Source of the DNA: Cenarchaeum sp.
GTDB lineage: Archaea > Thermoproteota > Nitrososphaeria > Nitrososphaerales > Nitrosopumilaceae
NCBI GenBank assembly: GCA_963692915.1
Contig: OY843584.1
Location: 992,001-1,056,000, forward strand
DNA length: 64,000 nucleotides
Direction of reading: 5' to 3'
The notes under the pieces were generated by a model. That model was not told where the DNA came from. It saw only the letters and a list, made by a program, of their open reading frames with translations, and made no database searches. Shown piece by piece: positions 19,006 to 28,928 of the stretch; position 1 is the first letter of the stretch; each line of letters starts with the position of its first letter. The position numbers and the translations under genes were made by a program.

Positions 19006-20019
19006 TTGAGTTGCTCCGGCGAGACCGTAGAGCCTGATGGCGTGATCCAGATCGACACGCTCAAGGCAGCAAGCCTGAGGCGGGCAAAGTACGGCATATC
19101 AGACCACGGAACCGTCGGCATCTGCCACTGGACCAAGAGGTCATTTAGGCACCGCGGCACATGCTACAAGCACTCGTTCTATGGCATATCGACGCACAGG
19201 TGCATGGAGTTCTCACCGGCCGGAATGCACTGCCAGAACAGGTGCGTCTACTGCTGGCGGCCAGTGGAGTTTTACGACTCGATGGCCATGGAGCCCTCTC
19301 GCGTGGCGTCTCCCGAGGAGATGATGCGCGGGCTAATGGCCGAGAGGCGCCGTCTCCTCATGGGCCATTACGGTGATGTCGAGTCAGACGCGTCGCTAAT
19401 AGACGAGTCACAGCTGCCAAGCCACTATGCGATATCGCTGTCCGGCGAGCCGACAATGTACCCGCTCCTTCCAGAGCTCATCAGGCACCTAAAGTCACTC
19501 GAGGCGACAAAGTCCGTGTTTCTAGTCACCAACGGGCAGGAGCCCGACATGATTCGCCGTCTGCGCGATGAGGACGCGCTTCCGACGCAGATTTACCTTT
19601 CTGCAAATGCGGCTGATCGTGAGTCGTTCATGCGAATCAACCGTCCGCGCTATGCCGATTCCTGGGAACGCTGGAACGAGACGCTTGGGATCATGGGGGA
19701 GCTTGACACGCGCACCGTGATTCGCGTGACGCTGATACGCAACCACAACACACAGGCCTCAATGCGTGGTGCCTTTGCGCGCATGCTAGACTCCTCGAAT
19801 GTTCACTTTGTGGAGACAAAGTCATACATGCATATCGGACGCTCTACGGGGAGGCTAGAGCGCGAAAACATGCTAGAGATGGACGAGGTTCGTGAGTTTG
19901 CATCAGACATGGAGTCATATGGCGTGTTTGGGCACATGGATGAGAGTGAGATATCGAGGATCGTCGTTATGCAGAACCGTCGTCGTCCTATTGAGCGCAT
20001 GATTGAGGCGTACGCGTAA
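19006..20019 (+). CDS. taw1: 4-demethylwyosine synthase TYW1/Taw1 (radical SAM)
   Basis: CHWTK...CYKHSFYGI.THRCMEF; CQNRCVYCWR radical SAM motif; ISLSGEPT; probable TTG start MSCSGE. Confidence 0.93.
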   Translation: MSCSGETVEPDGVIQIDTLKAASLRRAKYGISDHGTVGICHWTKRSFRHRGTCYKHSFYGISTHRCMEFSPAGMHCQNRCVYCWRPVEFYDSMAMEPSRVASPEEMMRGLMAERRRLLMGHYGDVESDASLIDESQLPSHYAISLSGEPTMYPLLPELIRHLKSLEATKSVFLVTNGQEPDMIRRLRDEDALPTQIYLSANAADRESFMRINRPRYADSWERWNETLGIMGELDTRTVIRVTLIRNHNTQASMRGAFARMLDSSNVHFVETKSYMHIGRSTGRLERENMLEMDEVREFASDMESYGVFGHMDESEISRIVVMQNRRRPIERMIEAYA

Positions 20020-20563
20020 ACCAGGCGGCAAACTTTTCTAGCGCGGCTGCCCTGTGTGACACGTCATTCTTGTTGCGCATCTGCGCATATGTCTCCTCAA
20101 ATCCATCCGGAACAAAGATTGGGTCATATCCCCACCCGTCACCGCGCTCAGTCTCAGATATCATGCCGCGCACGCATGACTCGAATATGCGCGGCTCTGG
20201 AGTGTGCGGTTCGGCATACGCAACGGCCGCACAAAAGCTTGCGCTGCGACCCATCTGTCCCAATGCGCGAAGCACGCCGGCGCAGCCTATAGTGCCGTAG
20301 ACAAATGCCGAATAGGGGCCCGGAAAGCCGCCGAGCGCATCAACGAACAGGCCCGCGTCCTCCACTATAACGGGGCGCGCGCAGAGCGAGAGTGCGCCTG
20401 TGGCCTTTTTTGCCGCAATGGCACCTAGTGAGTCAGACTGGATCTCCTCAAGGTCACACTCGAGATGGCCAAGGTCCACGCCGTGGCGCGCAAGTATCAC
20501 GCGCGCCTCATCATACTTTTTTCTGTTTGATGAGGCAAGAAGGAGCTCACGTGACTGTCGCAT
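19988..20563 (-). CDS. rdgB: RdgB/HAM1 non-canonical purine NTP pyrophosphatase
   Basis: ASSNRKK, EEIQ, VEDAGL...ALGGFPGPYS, GWGYDPIF, SHR motifs. Confidence 0.92.
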   Translation of the reverse strand: MRQSRELLLASSNRKKYDEARVILARHGVDLGHLECDLEEIQSDSLGAIAAKKATGALSLCARPVIVEDAGLFVDALGGFPGPYSAFVYGTIGCAGVLRALGQMGRSASFCAAVAYAEPHTPEPRIFESCVRGMISETERGDGWGYDPIFVPDGFEETYAQMRNKNDVSHRAAALEKFAAWFTRTPQSCAQ

Positions 20564-21167
20564 ATCGCCCCCTCCGCTCAATGTCAGCAACTATGCCCAG
20601 CACGCGCGTAAAGCGCGCCCTGCCAAGGGCAGGCCCGTATGATGACACAAAGGCATCCCATGACGAGTCGACATCATCGGCATGGACGCTGTTTAGAACC
20701 TCCCTGAACAGGCGCAGGTCCACGGCGCAGTCCTCATCGCGCACTGATCTAGAGGAGAGGCCCAGGTCGATCACAAATGTCCTCCCGCGCGATACGATAA
20801 AGTTTGACGTGGTCATGTCACCGTGAACTACGCCGTTGCTGTGGAGCCTTGCGGCGATGAGTCCAATCTCGGCACATGCCGACTTTAGGCGCGCAGCGCG
20901 CATTGTGCCGACGATCGTGCCGCGTATGCGCTGCATGACTATGCGGTGGCGTCCAACGTCGAGATCCAGGACTAGTGGGGCCGCGACGCCAAATTCCTTG
21001 ATCGTCGAGATCATCTGCGCCTCGCGGATCGTGCGAGACCTGCGTATCCGCGCATCAAGGCGCGCATTGATGTACTTTCGTGGCCTGCGCGCCTTTAGGA
21101 TCGCCGGACGCCCCTCATGCGACGTGGCATAGATGTCAGCCTCTGCGCCCCTACAAAGCAGCCTCAT
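20547..21167 (-). CDS. bud32: KEOPS complex kinase Bud32
   Basis: RGAEA, RTIREA, HGDMTTSN, IDLGL, AVDL, C-terminal RRGRY. Confidence 0.92.
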   Translation of the reverse strand: MRLLCRGAEADIYATSHEGRPAILKARRPRKYINARLDARIRRSRTIREAQMISTIKEFGVAAPLVLDLDVGRHRIVMQRIRGTIVGTMRAARLKSACAEIGLIAARLHSNGVVHGDMTTSNFIVSRGRTFVIDLGLSSRSVRDEDCAVDLRLFREVLNSVHADDVDSSWDAFVSSYGPALGRARFTRVLGIVADIERRGRYATVT

Positions 21168-21203
21168 TGCAGCAGTTCGGTCGACACGGGCAATTTAACG
21201 ATT

Positions 21204-24200
21204 CTAGCGGCGCTGCGGCGCATAACGCGTGCGAGCACGTCGCACAAGCTCGCCGAGTGCCCACAGTGGGGACACGCCACCGGTGTGCCGCAGGCGCCGC
21301 CAGATCACAAGGGCAGCCATTGTGGCCAGGGCCATGGCCAGCGCGCCAGAATAGTCCTGGCGGTATGACGCGTGAACCTCAGTGTCGCCGCTGGCGACAA
21401 AGCGTGCAATGTTGTCCTCGTGTGTGGCACTGTCCGGAAGGGCATCCCAGCGCTCAAAGACGCTGTATGCAAGGAACGGCACGATCTCTGTGGGCTCGGC
21501 GACGAGCTCGACGCTTGTGCCGTACGCGTGAACGCCGGCGCCAGAGACTCCGCGAGTGGCGCTTACCGTAACGCTGCCCTCATAGACTGCGCGCACGACC
21601 ATGTCGCCGCTAGCCGAAAAGTGGACGCTGTCGCCGCCGTACTCACGGCCGTTGACCGTTGTGCCGGACAGGACGTAGCCCCCGCCGTGCTCGTGCGGAA
21701 ACTGGATCTCGACGGAGGCGATATTCCCGTACTCTCGGCTCCACGGGAGCGCTATTGTGGACTCGGTTGTGCCCGAGTCATGCGCGTGCGCTACAAGGCG
21801 CACGCCCTCAATGGCAAGACGCTCACCGTCTGTTCCGGCCGCCGAGACGTCTAGGAGCGCATACTCTTCGGCAGTGACGTGGATTGTCTCGTGCGAGGGC
21901 TCGTACCCGCGCTTTGATGCGGATATCGTGACCGGGAATGTGCCCGGCACGTCGGCAGTCACGTCTATTGACGGCGAGTCGCCCACTTGTGCCCACGGGA
22001 TTGTGGAGCTCACGTCAATGTCAATGTCATCTGCTGCTGTAATGACATCAATGCGAAACGGCACGCCTGTTCGCGCAGTGGCCGCCGAGGCACGCACATC
22101 AAGGCCAAGCACGTTTGAGAACACGCTGATTGAGCGCTCATGGGCGCCGTGATCCGCCAAGACGGACATTGTGATCTCACCGGCGCGCTGGGCGCTCATG
22201 CGGTGCGTGTCCCAGTACGCCTCAATGCCGCTTGCTGCAATCTCTGTGGAGTCTACAGTTGAGAGGGGCGTGCCAAGTGAGTCGACAAGGTGCATCGCAA
22301 ACGGAAACTCTTCGTGCAGGTGAACGCGCGGGGGGATGTCAAGGGCCACGCCGGCGACAGTGCCCGGAAGCGAGATCTCGGCAGTCCCGCGCCCAAGTCC
22401 CTGTGCCGTAGCGGTGATCGTCGTGCCGACCCCAAGGTCAGCACGAAGACGTGCCGAGTCGTCCACTATCATCAGGGTGCGCTCGACGAGTCCGTCTCCG
22501 GCCACGGTCACCTCCTTTGGGCGCCCAAAGGCCCCGCGTGCGTCAATTAGGGTGCCGTCTGCATCGTGTATGGATACTAGCGCAATGTCCTGCACGCCGC
22601 CGCCCGGCGCTATGCGCAGAGGCTCGATGTGCAGCTCATACTCGCCAGAGTTTGGCGGGATTGCGCTAAAGTTTGCCAGTGACGTCCCGACGTTCGTTGC
22701 AGTAGCCGCGAGCGTATAGTTTCCCACATCATGCGCCACAATCCCATAGCTGGCCGCAAATGATCGAATCGTCCCCTGCGTGAGCTCCACAGTCGCGTCA
22801 TACTCGGTGCCCGGTGGGGATACGGATAGCGACACTCGCCGGCCGTCAACTTCCATCGGGTGTCGCAGTGTAAAACACGCTCCTTCCGCTTCACGGCCGT
22901 CTCCACACGCAATGTCTGCGCTCGTGCCCTCCATCTCTCCAATCGAGGACGCACACGCGCCGCGCGCATCCGTATCATGGTATGGGGAAATCATAATGCT
23001 TGCCGCACCTGAGGTCACAAGCGGATGAACCCATGCTCGTATCGAGTTGACATTGGCGTCCGGACGCGCCGTTGCGCATGCAGCCGGGACAGGCTCAATG
23101 TTGACATCACTCATGGCTGCAAGCCCGCCAAGATCGCCGATATTGTCCAAGTATGCCGAACCGACCACAATCCGGCCAGTCGCCGTCCCGACGTCGGGAA
23201 CCGACACGGTTATTGTGGCCACGCCGGCTCCGCGCGTGTACACGAGTCCGCTTGCCACGCCGTTGCGCATGTAAAGTGCGGCGTGTTCAGAGTTCTCAGA
23301 GGCGACTGGCAAAAACCCCGCCACGGCCGTGTTGTCTGTGTGAACATTCCCAACGAGCACACCGGGATGCGCGTACGGGCGGCCTCCCTCCTCGAGCCAC
23401 GCGTGATACGTTGCATGGCTGCTCTCGCCGGCCGGACTTGGGGCGACTTCCATGCTGATGTCCACGTCGCGCGTAACCTTTGCAATCTCGGCACTGGCCG
23501 ACTCGAGCCCTCCGGTGTGCGCACGAAGCGTGCCGTTGCCGTACACGCGCAGGGCAAACCTGGCGTGAAACTCGTCCTCGGGTATCACGGCCTCAGCGGG
23601 GGACACTAACGCACTGTCTGACTCTAGGCGAACCGTCGTCTCTGCGGGGACGCGAGTCGGCGTGCCGTTGGAATCGAGCGCAAAGACGTACGCCGTGACG
23701 CTGCCTGACATTGTCCTGTTTGAGGCAAGGATCACCTCGAGCCTCGAGGGGACGCTCTTTTGCGAGTATATGCGCGACTCGGCGCTGACTAGGGGGCCGT
23801 TGATCGACGCAAATACGCCCACGGCATCCCTTCCGGCCGCAAGCGGACGCAGCTCAAAGATTGCGTGGTTGTCCCCTGCCTGCACAGTCGCCTCGCGCTC
23901 TACTGCAAGTGCGGCAGGATCACTAGACGTGATGAGTATGCGCGCACCCTGTGCATGCGCGTCCTCGGTCACGACGATGCCCTCGTACGTCCTGCCCTCG
24001 AGCATCGCCGGCGGTATCCACAACGATGCTCGCGCCGGTGCGCTGTCAGCCTGCGCCGCAGTGAGCGCAAACTGTCCGGTCGTGGACAGGTGGCCCTCGG
24101 CCTCGGCATCAACGCGCAGCGTCATTGCTCCAGGTTCAGCAGAGCCCCACTCGATCGCAAACGTGCCGTCATCTAGCGCCGTGGCCTCGCCGCATGTGCA

Positions 24201-24446
24201 GTATGCCCCACCGGGGGCGCCGACGAGCTCTAGGCCAAGCTTTGCGCCGGCGACCGGAGAGCTGCCCGAGACTGCGCTGATGGTCAACGTCTGCGGATCA
24301 GAGCCCACGACATGCGAGCGCGAACCGGCGACTGTCACCGAGAGCGGCAGGTCTGCGCCATCGACCTCGTCCTGCGCGAGTGCCACCGGAGCCACACACA
24401 GGAATGCCACGAGTGCTGCTCGCGCAATGTGTGGCGCCCTAGCCAA
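21204..24446 (-). CDS. Large secreted, C-terminally anchored beta-rich (Ig-like) surface protein
   Basis: Signal peptide (VAPVALA), beta-strand-rich body, C-terminal TM followed by WRRLR. Confidence 0.65.
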   Translation of the reverse strand: MARAPHIARAALVAFLCVAPVALAQDEVDGADLPLSVTVAGSRSHVVGSDPQTLTISAVSGSSPVAGAKLGLELVGAPGGAYCTCGEATALDDGTFAIEWGSAEPGAMTLRVDAEAEGHLSTTGQFALTAAQADSAPARASLWIPPAMLEGRTYEGIVVTEDAHAQGARILITSSDPAALAVEREATVQAGDNHAIFELRPLAAGRDAVGVFASINGPLVSAESRIYSQKSVPSRLEVILASNRTMSGSVTAYVFALDSNGTPTRVPAETTVRLESDSALVSPAEAVIPEDEFHARFALRVYGNGTLRAHTGGLESASAEIAKVTRDVDISMEVAPSPAGESSHATYHAWLEEGGRPYAHPGVLVGNVHTDNTAVAGFLPVASENSEHAALYMRNGVASGLVYTRGAGVATITVSVPDVGTATGRIVVGSAYLDNIGDLGGLAAMSDVNIEPVPAACATARPDANVNSIRAWVHPLVTSGAASIMISPYHDTDARGACASSIGEMEGTSADIACGDGREAEGACFTLRHPMEVDGRRVSLSVSPPGTEYDATVELTQGTIRSFAASYGIVAHDVGNYTLAATATNVGTSLANFSAIPPNSGEYELHIEPLRIAPGGGVQDIALVSIHDADGTLIDARGAFGRPKEVTVAGDGLVERTLMIVDDSARLRADLGVGTTITATAQGLGRGTAEISLPGTVAGVALDIPPRVHLHEEFPFAMHLVDSLGTPLSTVDSTEIAASGIEAYWDTHRMSAQRAGEITMSVLADHGAHERSISVFSNVLGLDVRASAATARTGVPFRIDVITAADDIDIDVSSTIPWAQVGDSPSIDVTADVPGTFPVTISASKRGYEPSHETIHVTAEEYALLDVSAAGTDGERLAIEGVRLVAHAHDSGTTESTIALPWSREYGNIASVEIQFPHEHGGGYVLSGTTVNGREYGGDSVHFSASGDMVVRAVYEGSVTVSATRGVSGAGVHAYGTSVELVAEPTEIVPFLAYSVFERWDALPDSATHEDNIARFVASGDTEVHASYRQDYSGALAMALATMAALVIWRRLRHTGGVSPLWALGELVRRARTRYAPQRR

Positions 24447-27400
24447 TTATTATGCTCCCGCCGTGTATGTTTGCCGTTGCGCTCGCGTCACTTGACACGT
24501 GCGTGCGAATCGTCCCCGTGCCGCACCATGTTCTTCCTTCCGGTGACGGAAATGCGCTCTCGGCGTATATGTTGGCGTGTATGTAAAACTCCACAAAGTC
24601 TCCAGGGCTGACATTGCTGACATTGACCGTGTTGCTGATTGTTGTCCTATCATACGTGAATGTCGTCTTTGTGCTTCCATTTCCGTTGGCCAGTACCTTG
24701 CTAGTCGCCGAGATTTCAGGCGCATAGTTGCTCATGCGCTCGCTTTCATAGACAAGATCGCCATTCCTGTATGCTGCGACCCAGCCCGTTAGTGGATCGC
24801 GCGCGCACCGCGGCATCTGCGACTCCCTGTGCGTGTGCTCAATGTGCGCATGTCCGGACACCGTGCCGCTAACTATGGCAAGTATTGGCCTGTCTGATGT
24901 CGCAATAGTGTATGCTGATGCGCCTGCTGAGGCATCAATGTGATCGATCGGCTGCTCAAAGGAGACGCGTGACACGGTGCTAGTCGAGGACGGAATCACC
25001 CTCACGTTGCTGCCACCGAGCACGTCAGAGTAGCGCAAGACCGCATCAACACCGTTTACCTTCATGTGTATGGAAAAGTATCCCGGCACCACCGGAACCC
25101 ACATGCGACCCTCGTCATCCTCGCTTGCCGAATACTCGCCGTCAAGGTACTCAAGGCGCATGGCCGTGCCATCCCTTGCGCGAACCTCAACGTCGCTGAC
25201 AGTCACGCTGCCGGCCACGGGTATCTGGGCCCATGTGTGAACCGTGTAGATGTGATCCTCTGGCGTCGCGATCCTCATGCTCTTGCCGGCTCGCGGGTCA
25301 AAGATGATCGTGCTAAAGCTTCCGCGATACGACGCAGCGTCCGGATACGTGTGTAGCGTGAATGACTCTGGCATGGACTCGATGAACGGAATCGTGCCAT
25401 GCTTTGTGGTAAATCCGAAATGGAGCGTCTTGCCGTCGATCGCAAACCTGTATGGGACAGAGGGCGCCAGGCCCACAATGCCCTCATCTGAGACGGCATC
25501 AAGCGTGACTGTCGAGCCGCGGGTATGAACCAACGCGTAGAGGTTCCGCGCATAGACACTGTCACGCTCTGGCATCTCCACCCTGTGCGCAGCAGAGTCC
25601 GAGGAGATGACGGTATCCACGACGTATTGCCGCTCGGCAATGACACAGAGCGTGTCGCCCCACGTGAATATGGCAGTGCTTTGCGCCCAGGAGGTCTGTG
25701 GGTGGCGCTCGATTGACGTGCTGTTGGAGCTCTTTGTGGTCAGCGTGTTGAACTTTATTCCCGCCAGGCTAGCATAGTCGTCATTTCCTCCCGTGCCCTC
25801 GGTAAACATCATGGACGGCACACCATAATGCGTGTGAACCTTCCTGAGAAAATAATCAGACGAGGGGTTATTTAGCGCAAAGCGCTCCTCGCCCGAGTTG
25901 GACGCAATGGCGTGTGCAGGTGCCGTAATGTAGACGTCAGGGTAGGACGTGGCATAGCGCTCAAAGGCATAGCCGATCGGGGTGCCATAGGAAAAGCGCT
26001 TGTTAGTCAAGGTCAATGGCTCATCAAGCGTGACGCCGGAATTCGCAATGATGTTGTCACTGCCCTTTTGGATCACGTGCATACGCGATTCGAGCGTGGG
26101 CTCATACGCCACATGGAACCGTGCGCCGTCACGCAGCAGCAGTCCAGTGCCCGGAAAGGCCATGGATGTCGAATTGTGCTGAATCTCGTACTGTCCCGGA
26201 TGCTCATAGTATGGAAACTGTGTGCCAAGGAGTGGGAGGCTATATCGATGATCCTCGGGATGCGATATGTCGTGTGAGTGTGCGCGCGAGTACGGGTGCG
26301 ATGCGGGGAGATGGTGGCTAAAACCCCAGTATTCGGCGTGCAGCTCTCTCATCGGCGTCGCGCTCTCCTTGGAGTACGTAATAGTGTCCTTGGAGATGCT
26401 TGATGTGGGCAGCGTTCCCGCATAGATCAAAGAGTTTTCTGGCTTGTTGACGTCAATGATCCATCCTGTCGAAATTGCGATCGGAGATTCTTTAAGGTGA
26501 TCTTTTGGATTGGCCTTCCACGCGAGTCCACCACATTGCCCCTTTAGCTGCGCAATGCTTATCGTGTCAGCAAGCGTGGCGTACGGGGACGTGAGTATCT
26601 CCACGCTTCCACCGCCAAGTGTGGCGTTGAAGAGCAGCGTCTTGCCAAGCATTGCCGAGTCGAGCTTTAGGAGCGCGCTCTGGCCGCCTGAGACGGTCGT
26701 GGTTCCCCCCTCCGAGCTCACCGTGGCGCTCCCGCGCGAGGCAGTATAGGAGGCGAGATCCGGCTTTGTGGTGTTCCTCGCCGTGCCGTCTGGCGCAACG
26801 GTGATGAGCGCCTTGCTCGAGTATCCCGATATTGCAGTCGATGTCCTTGTGTCCGAGTCAAGCAGGAGCGACGCAAAGTTCGGCGCGGCCTCTGTTGCGT
26901 CCACGTCCACTTCAATATGCGGCCTGAGCGAGGCTATGTTGATCCACGTGTCCGAGCCGTATATGACGTGGCCAGAGTGCTCGGCCTGCTCGAGTCGGCT
27001 TCCAATGCCCATGCCGCTCACCGTCTCCCTTGCGGGGTTTGCCGGGCCTGACGTGTCGATCTCGGCGCCAAACGTGTTGCCCATGCGTGTAACGGCGACA
27101 ATTGAGACGCTGCCGTTCACGTCCTCAGGCACGTCATAGCCGATGCTCGCCTCGCCAAATCCCGCAAGCGGCATCCGGCCGGCAAACTCGGGCAGGCGCG
27201 CGACTGTCCCGTTTTGGAGCATCGACCTGACCTCGATGATCTCCACGGGATCGGCGCGCTCGTTGCTGACATGAACCGTGTATGACCGGCCGTCGCCTCC
27301 CGTCACTCCAACGCCGAGGCTCTCGTGAACCGCGCGTCTCTGCGAGTCAGCCGCGTCGGCTGCGCGCCTATTGTACTCGTCGACGCCCTCGAGGTGCGCA

Positions 27401-27492
27401 TGGAGGAGCGCCATCGAGGCGCCCATCACCGCAAAGACGATGATGGCCGCCAGGATCGCGCCCACTACCGGCCACACCCCTGGGCTGCCCAC
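24439..27492 (-). CDS. Large pilin-like/adhesin protein with class III-like N-terminus
   Basis: G|VWPVVGAILAAIIVF resembles archaeal pilin N-termini; followed by a FlaG/F-like VHVSNE...VTRMGNTF domain and ~850 aa extension. Confidence 0.55.
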   Translation of the reverse strand: MGSPGVWPVVGAILAAIIVFAVMGASMALLHAHLEGVDEYNRRAADAADSQRRAVHESLGVGVTGGDGRSYTVHVSNERADPVEIIEVRSMLQNGTVARLPEFAGRMPLAGFGEASIGYDVPEDVNGSVSIVAVTRMGNTFGAEIDTSGPANPARETVSGMGIGSRLEQAEHSGHVIYGSDTWINIASLRPHIEVDVDATEAAPNFASLLLDSDTRTSTAISGYSSKALITVAPDGTARNTTKPDLASYTASRGSATVSSEGGTTTVSGGQSALLKLDSAMLGKTLLFNATLGGGSVEILTSPYATLADTISIAQLKGQCGGLAWKANPKDHLKESPIAISTGWIIDVNKPENSLIYAGTLPTSSISKDTITYSKESATPMRELHAEYWGFSHHLPASHPYSRAHSHDISHPEDHRYSLPLLGTQFPYYEHPGQYEIQHNSTSMAFPGTGLLLRDGARFHVAYEPTLESRMHVIQKGSDNIIANSGVTLDEPLTLTNKRFSYGTPIGYAFERYATSYPDVYITAPAHAIASNSGEERFALNNPSSDYFLRKVHTHYGVPSMMFTEGTGGNDDYASLAGIKFNTLTTKSSNSTSIERHPQTSWAQSTAIFTWGDTLCVIAERQYVVDTVISSDSAAHRVEMPERDSVYARNLYALVHTRGSTVTLDAVSDEGIVGLAPSVPYRFAIDGKTLHFGFTTKHGTIPFIESMPESFTLHTYPDAASYRGSFSTIIFDPRAGKSMRIATPEDHIYTVHTWAQIPVAGSVTVSDVEVRARDGTAMRLEYLDGEYSASEDDEGRMWVPVVPGYFSIHMKVNGVDAVLRYSDVLGGSNVRVIPSSTSTVSRVSFEQPIDHIDASAGASAYTIATSDRPILAIVSGTVSGHAHIEHTHRESQMPRCARDPLTGWVAAYRNGDLVYESERMSNYAPEISATSKVLANGNGSTKTTFTYDRTTISNTVNVSNVSPGDFVEFYIHANIYAESAFPSPEGRTWCGTGTIRTHVSSDASATANIHGGSIIIG

Positions 27493-28874
27493 GCGTGCAG
27501 GGCAAACTCGGAGCTAGCGCACTGCGACTCGTCGAGCTCGGCCCCGCCCGAGTCCACAAGGAGCGCGTTTACCGGCGCGTCCGGAGCGCAATAGACGGCG
27601 CCCGTTGGCCTGCCCCCATGGTCAATTGGCATCATGTCATCAATGTCCACCGTTGCCCACGAACCGGGCGCACACTCGGAGAGCAGGAGGGCATCTGCTG
27701 CGTCATGTGCGCCTTCTGCCATGCGCACAAGCGAGAGGCGCGTCTCGGTTCCGTTAATGCCAATCATGCCTGCCCCCGCCGAGGTGACTATGCCGCGATA
27801 GCACGTCTCCTTGAAAAGGCTGCCCGAGCAGAGACTGTCATCATGCAAGTCGTTCAAGTCATGCAAGTCGTTCAAGTCGCGCAAGTTGTGCAAGTTGCTC
27901 AAGTCGTGCAAGTCATCATGCGGAACCTGCGTGTCGGCCCATGAGCCCCGCAGGGAATTGTCGAGAAGCGCACTCGAGCAGAGCTCTGCAATGCTTTGTG
28001 CGCCATCGGCGTCCCCGCACACGCTAGACAGCATGGCTGCCGCACCGGCCGGATCAGAGGCCACAAGGCGCTCAGTTGCGGACATGTCATCCAGAAGGCG
28101 CTCCGCAGGCGGGTCTGCTGCGCCACTGCCTTCCGTAGAATGCCCAAGGAGGTCAAGCTCAAAGAGCAGGCGCGAGCTAGGCCCGAGCTGCCTGTGAACT
28201 GTCGCATCGAGTGGAAACGGAAACCCGTCAAGTATCGTGATGCGCGTGCTAGGGGTGTCCGGATACCCCACGTATGCCACCTCGACGTCCTCCCCGCCGA
28301 CTGTGGCCATGTCCATCGCAATCACGTGCAGCGCACCATCACCGTCTCCCCACCTTGCGCCGACCTCTAGATCCCGCGGTGTTCTGCTGTTCGCGTGCGC
28401 ATCAATCCAAAAGAGCGTCTCGCGCAGGACCGAGACCATGACGCCATGCTGCGCATCAGCAGACACGTCAAGCCTGCCCCCTGCGCCGATTCGCAGTATT
28501 GCGTCCTGCCAGGCAGGCTCGTGGTCTCCGGTAACGCCAAACCTGGCCTGCACGACCCACACGGGGCCATGCCACTCCTCGAGCATGCCGATAAACTCGA
28601 GCTCGGCTGTGACGCACTCGGAGCCGACTGAGGGCAGCGTGTGGGCCACGCACATCCTGTACGCAAACGAGTCTAGCGCGCTGAGGCCTTCGCCAAGGTG
28701 CCATGTTGGCACCCCGGCGTCGGACGCTGCGTTGGCCGTGGCATCAGGCGGCGACGGAGCCGGTGCGAGTGCGACTAGCGCGAGTATCCAGGCATACCCC
28801 ACAAGGCGGTCAAAACCATGTCGGATTGCCGACTGCGCCAGTGCCTGCACCACACTCTTCATTCTGCCGACCAC
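27465..28874 (-). CDS. Secreted protein with C-terminal degenerate thermonuclease (SNase)-like domain
   Basis: GIVT...TRLSLV...C.PGSWATVDIDD...GR..GAVYC...VNALLVDSG...CASSEF..HAWA pattern; canonical DGDT absent. Confidence 0.55.
   Translation of the reverse strand: MVGRMKSVVQALAQSAIRHGFDRLVGYAWILALVALAPAPSPPDATANAASDAGVPTWHLGEGLSALDSFAYRMCVAHTLPSVGSECVTAELEFIGMLEEWHGPVWVVQARFGVTGDHEPAWQDAILRIGAGGRLDVSADAQHGVMVSVLRETLFWIDAHANSRTPRDLEVGARWGDGDGALHVIAMDMATVGGEDVEVAYVGYPDTPSTRITILDGFPFPLDATVHRQLGPSSRLLFELDLLGHSTEGSGAADPPAERLLDDMSATERLVASDPAGAAAMLSSVCGDADGAQSIAELCSSALLDNSLRGSWADTQVPHDDLHDLSNLHNLRDLNDLHDLNDLHDDSLCSGSLFKETCYRGIVTSAGAGMIGINGTETRLSLVRMAEGAHDAADALLLSECAPGSWATVDIDDMMPIDHGGRPTGAVYCAPDAPVNALLVDSGGAELDESQCASSEFALHAWAAQGCGR
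27841..27914 (-). repeat. 9-bp tandem repeat (8 units) encoding D/N-L-x tripeptides
   Basis: caagt recurs every 9 bp from 27846 to 27909. Confidence 0.85.
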
Positions 28875-28928
28875 ACCATAGCACGCGTGGGACTCACGTG
28901 AATTTTGAATAAAAGGCGCGCAGCGGCC

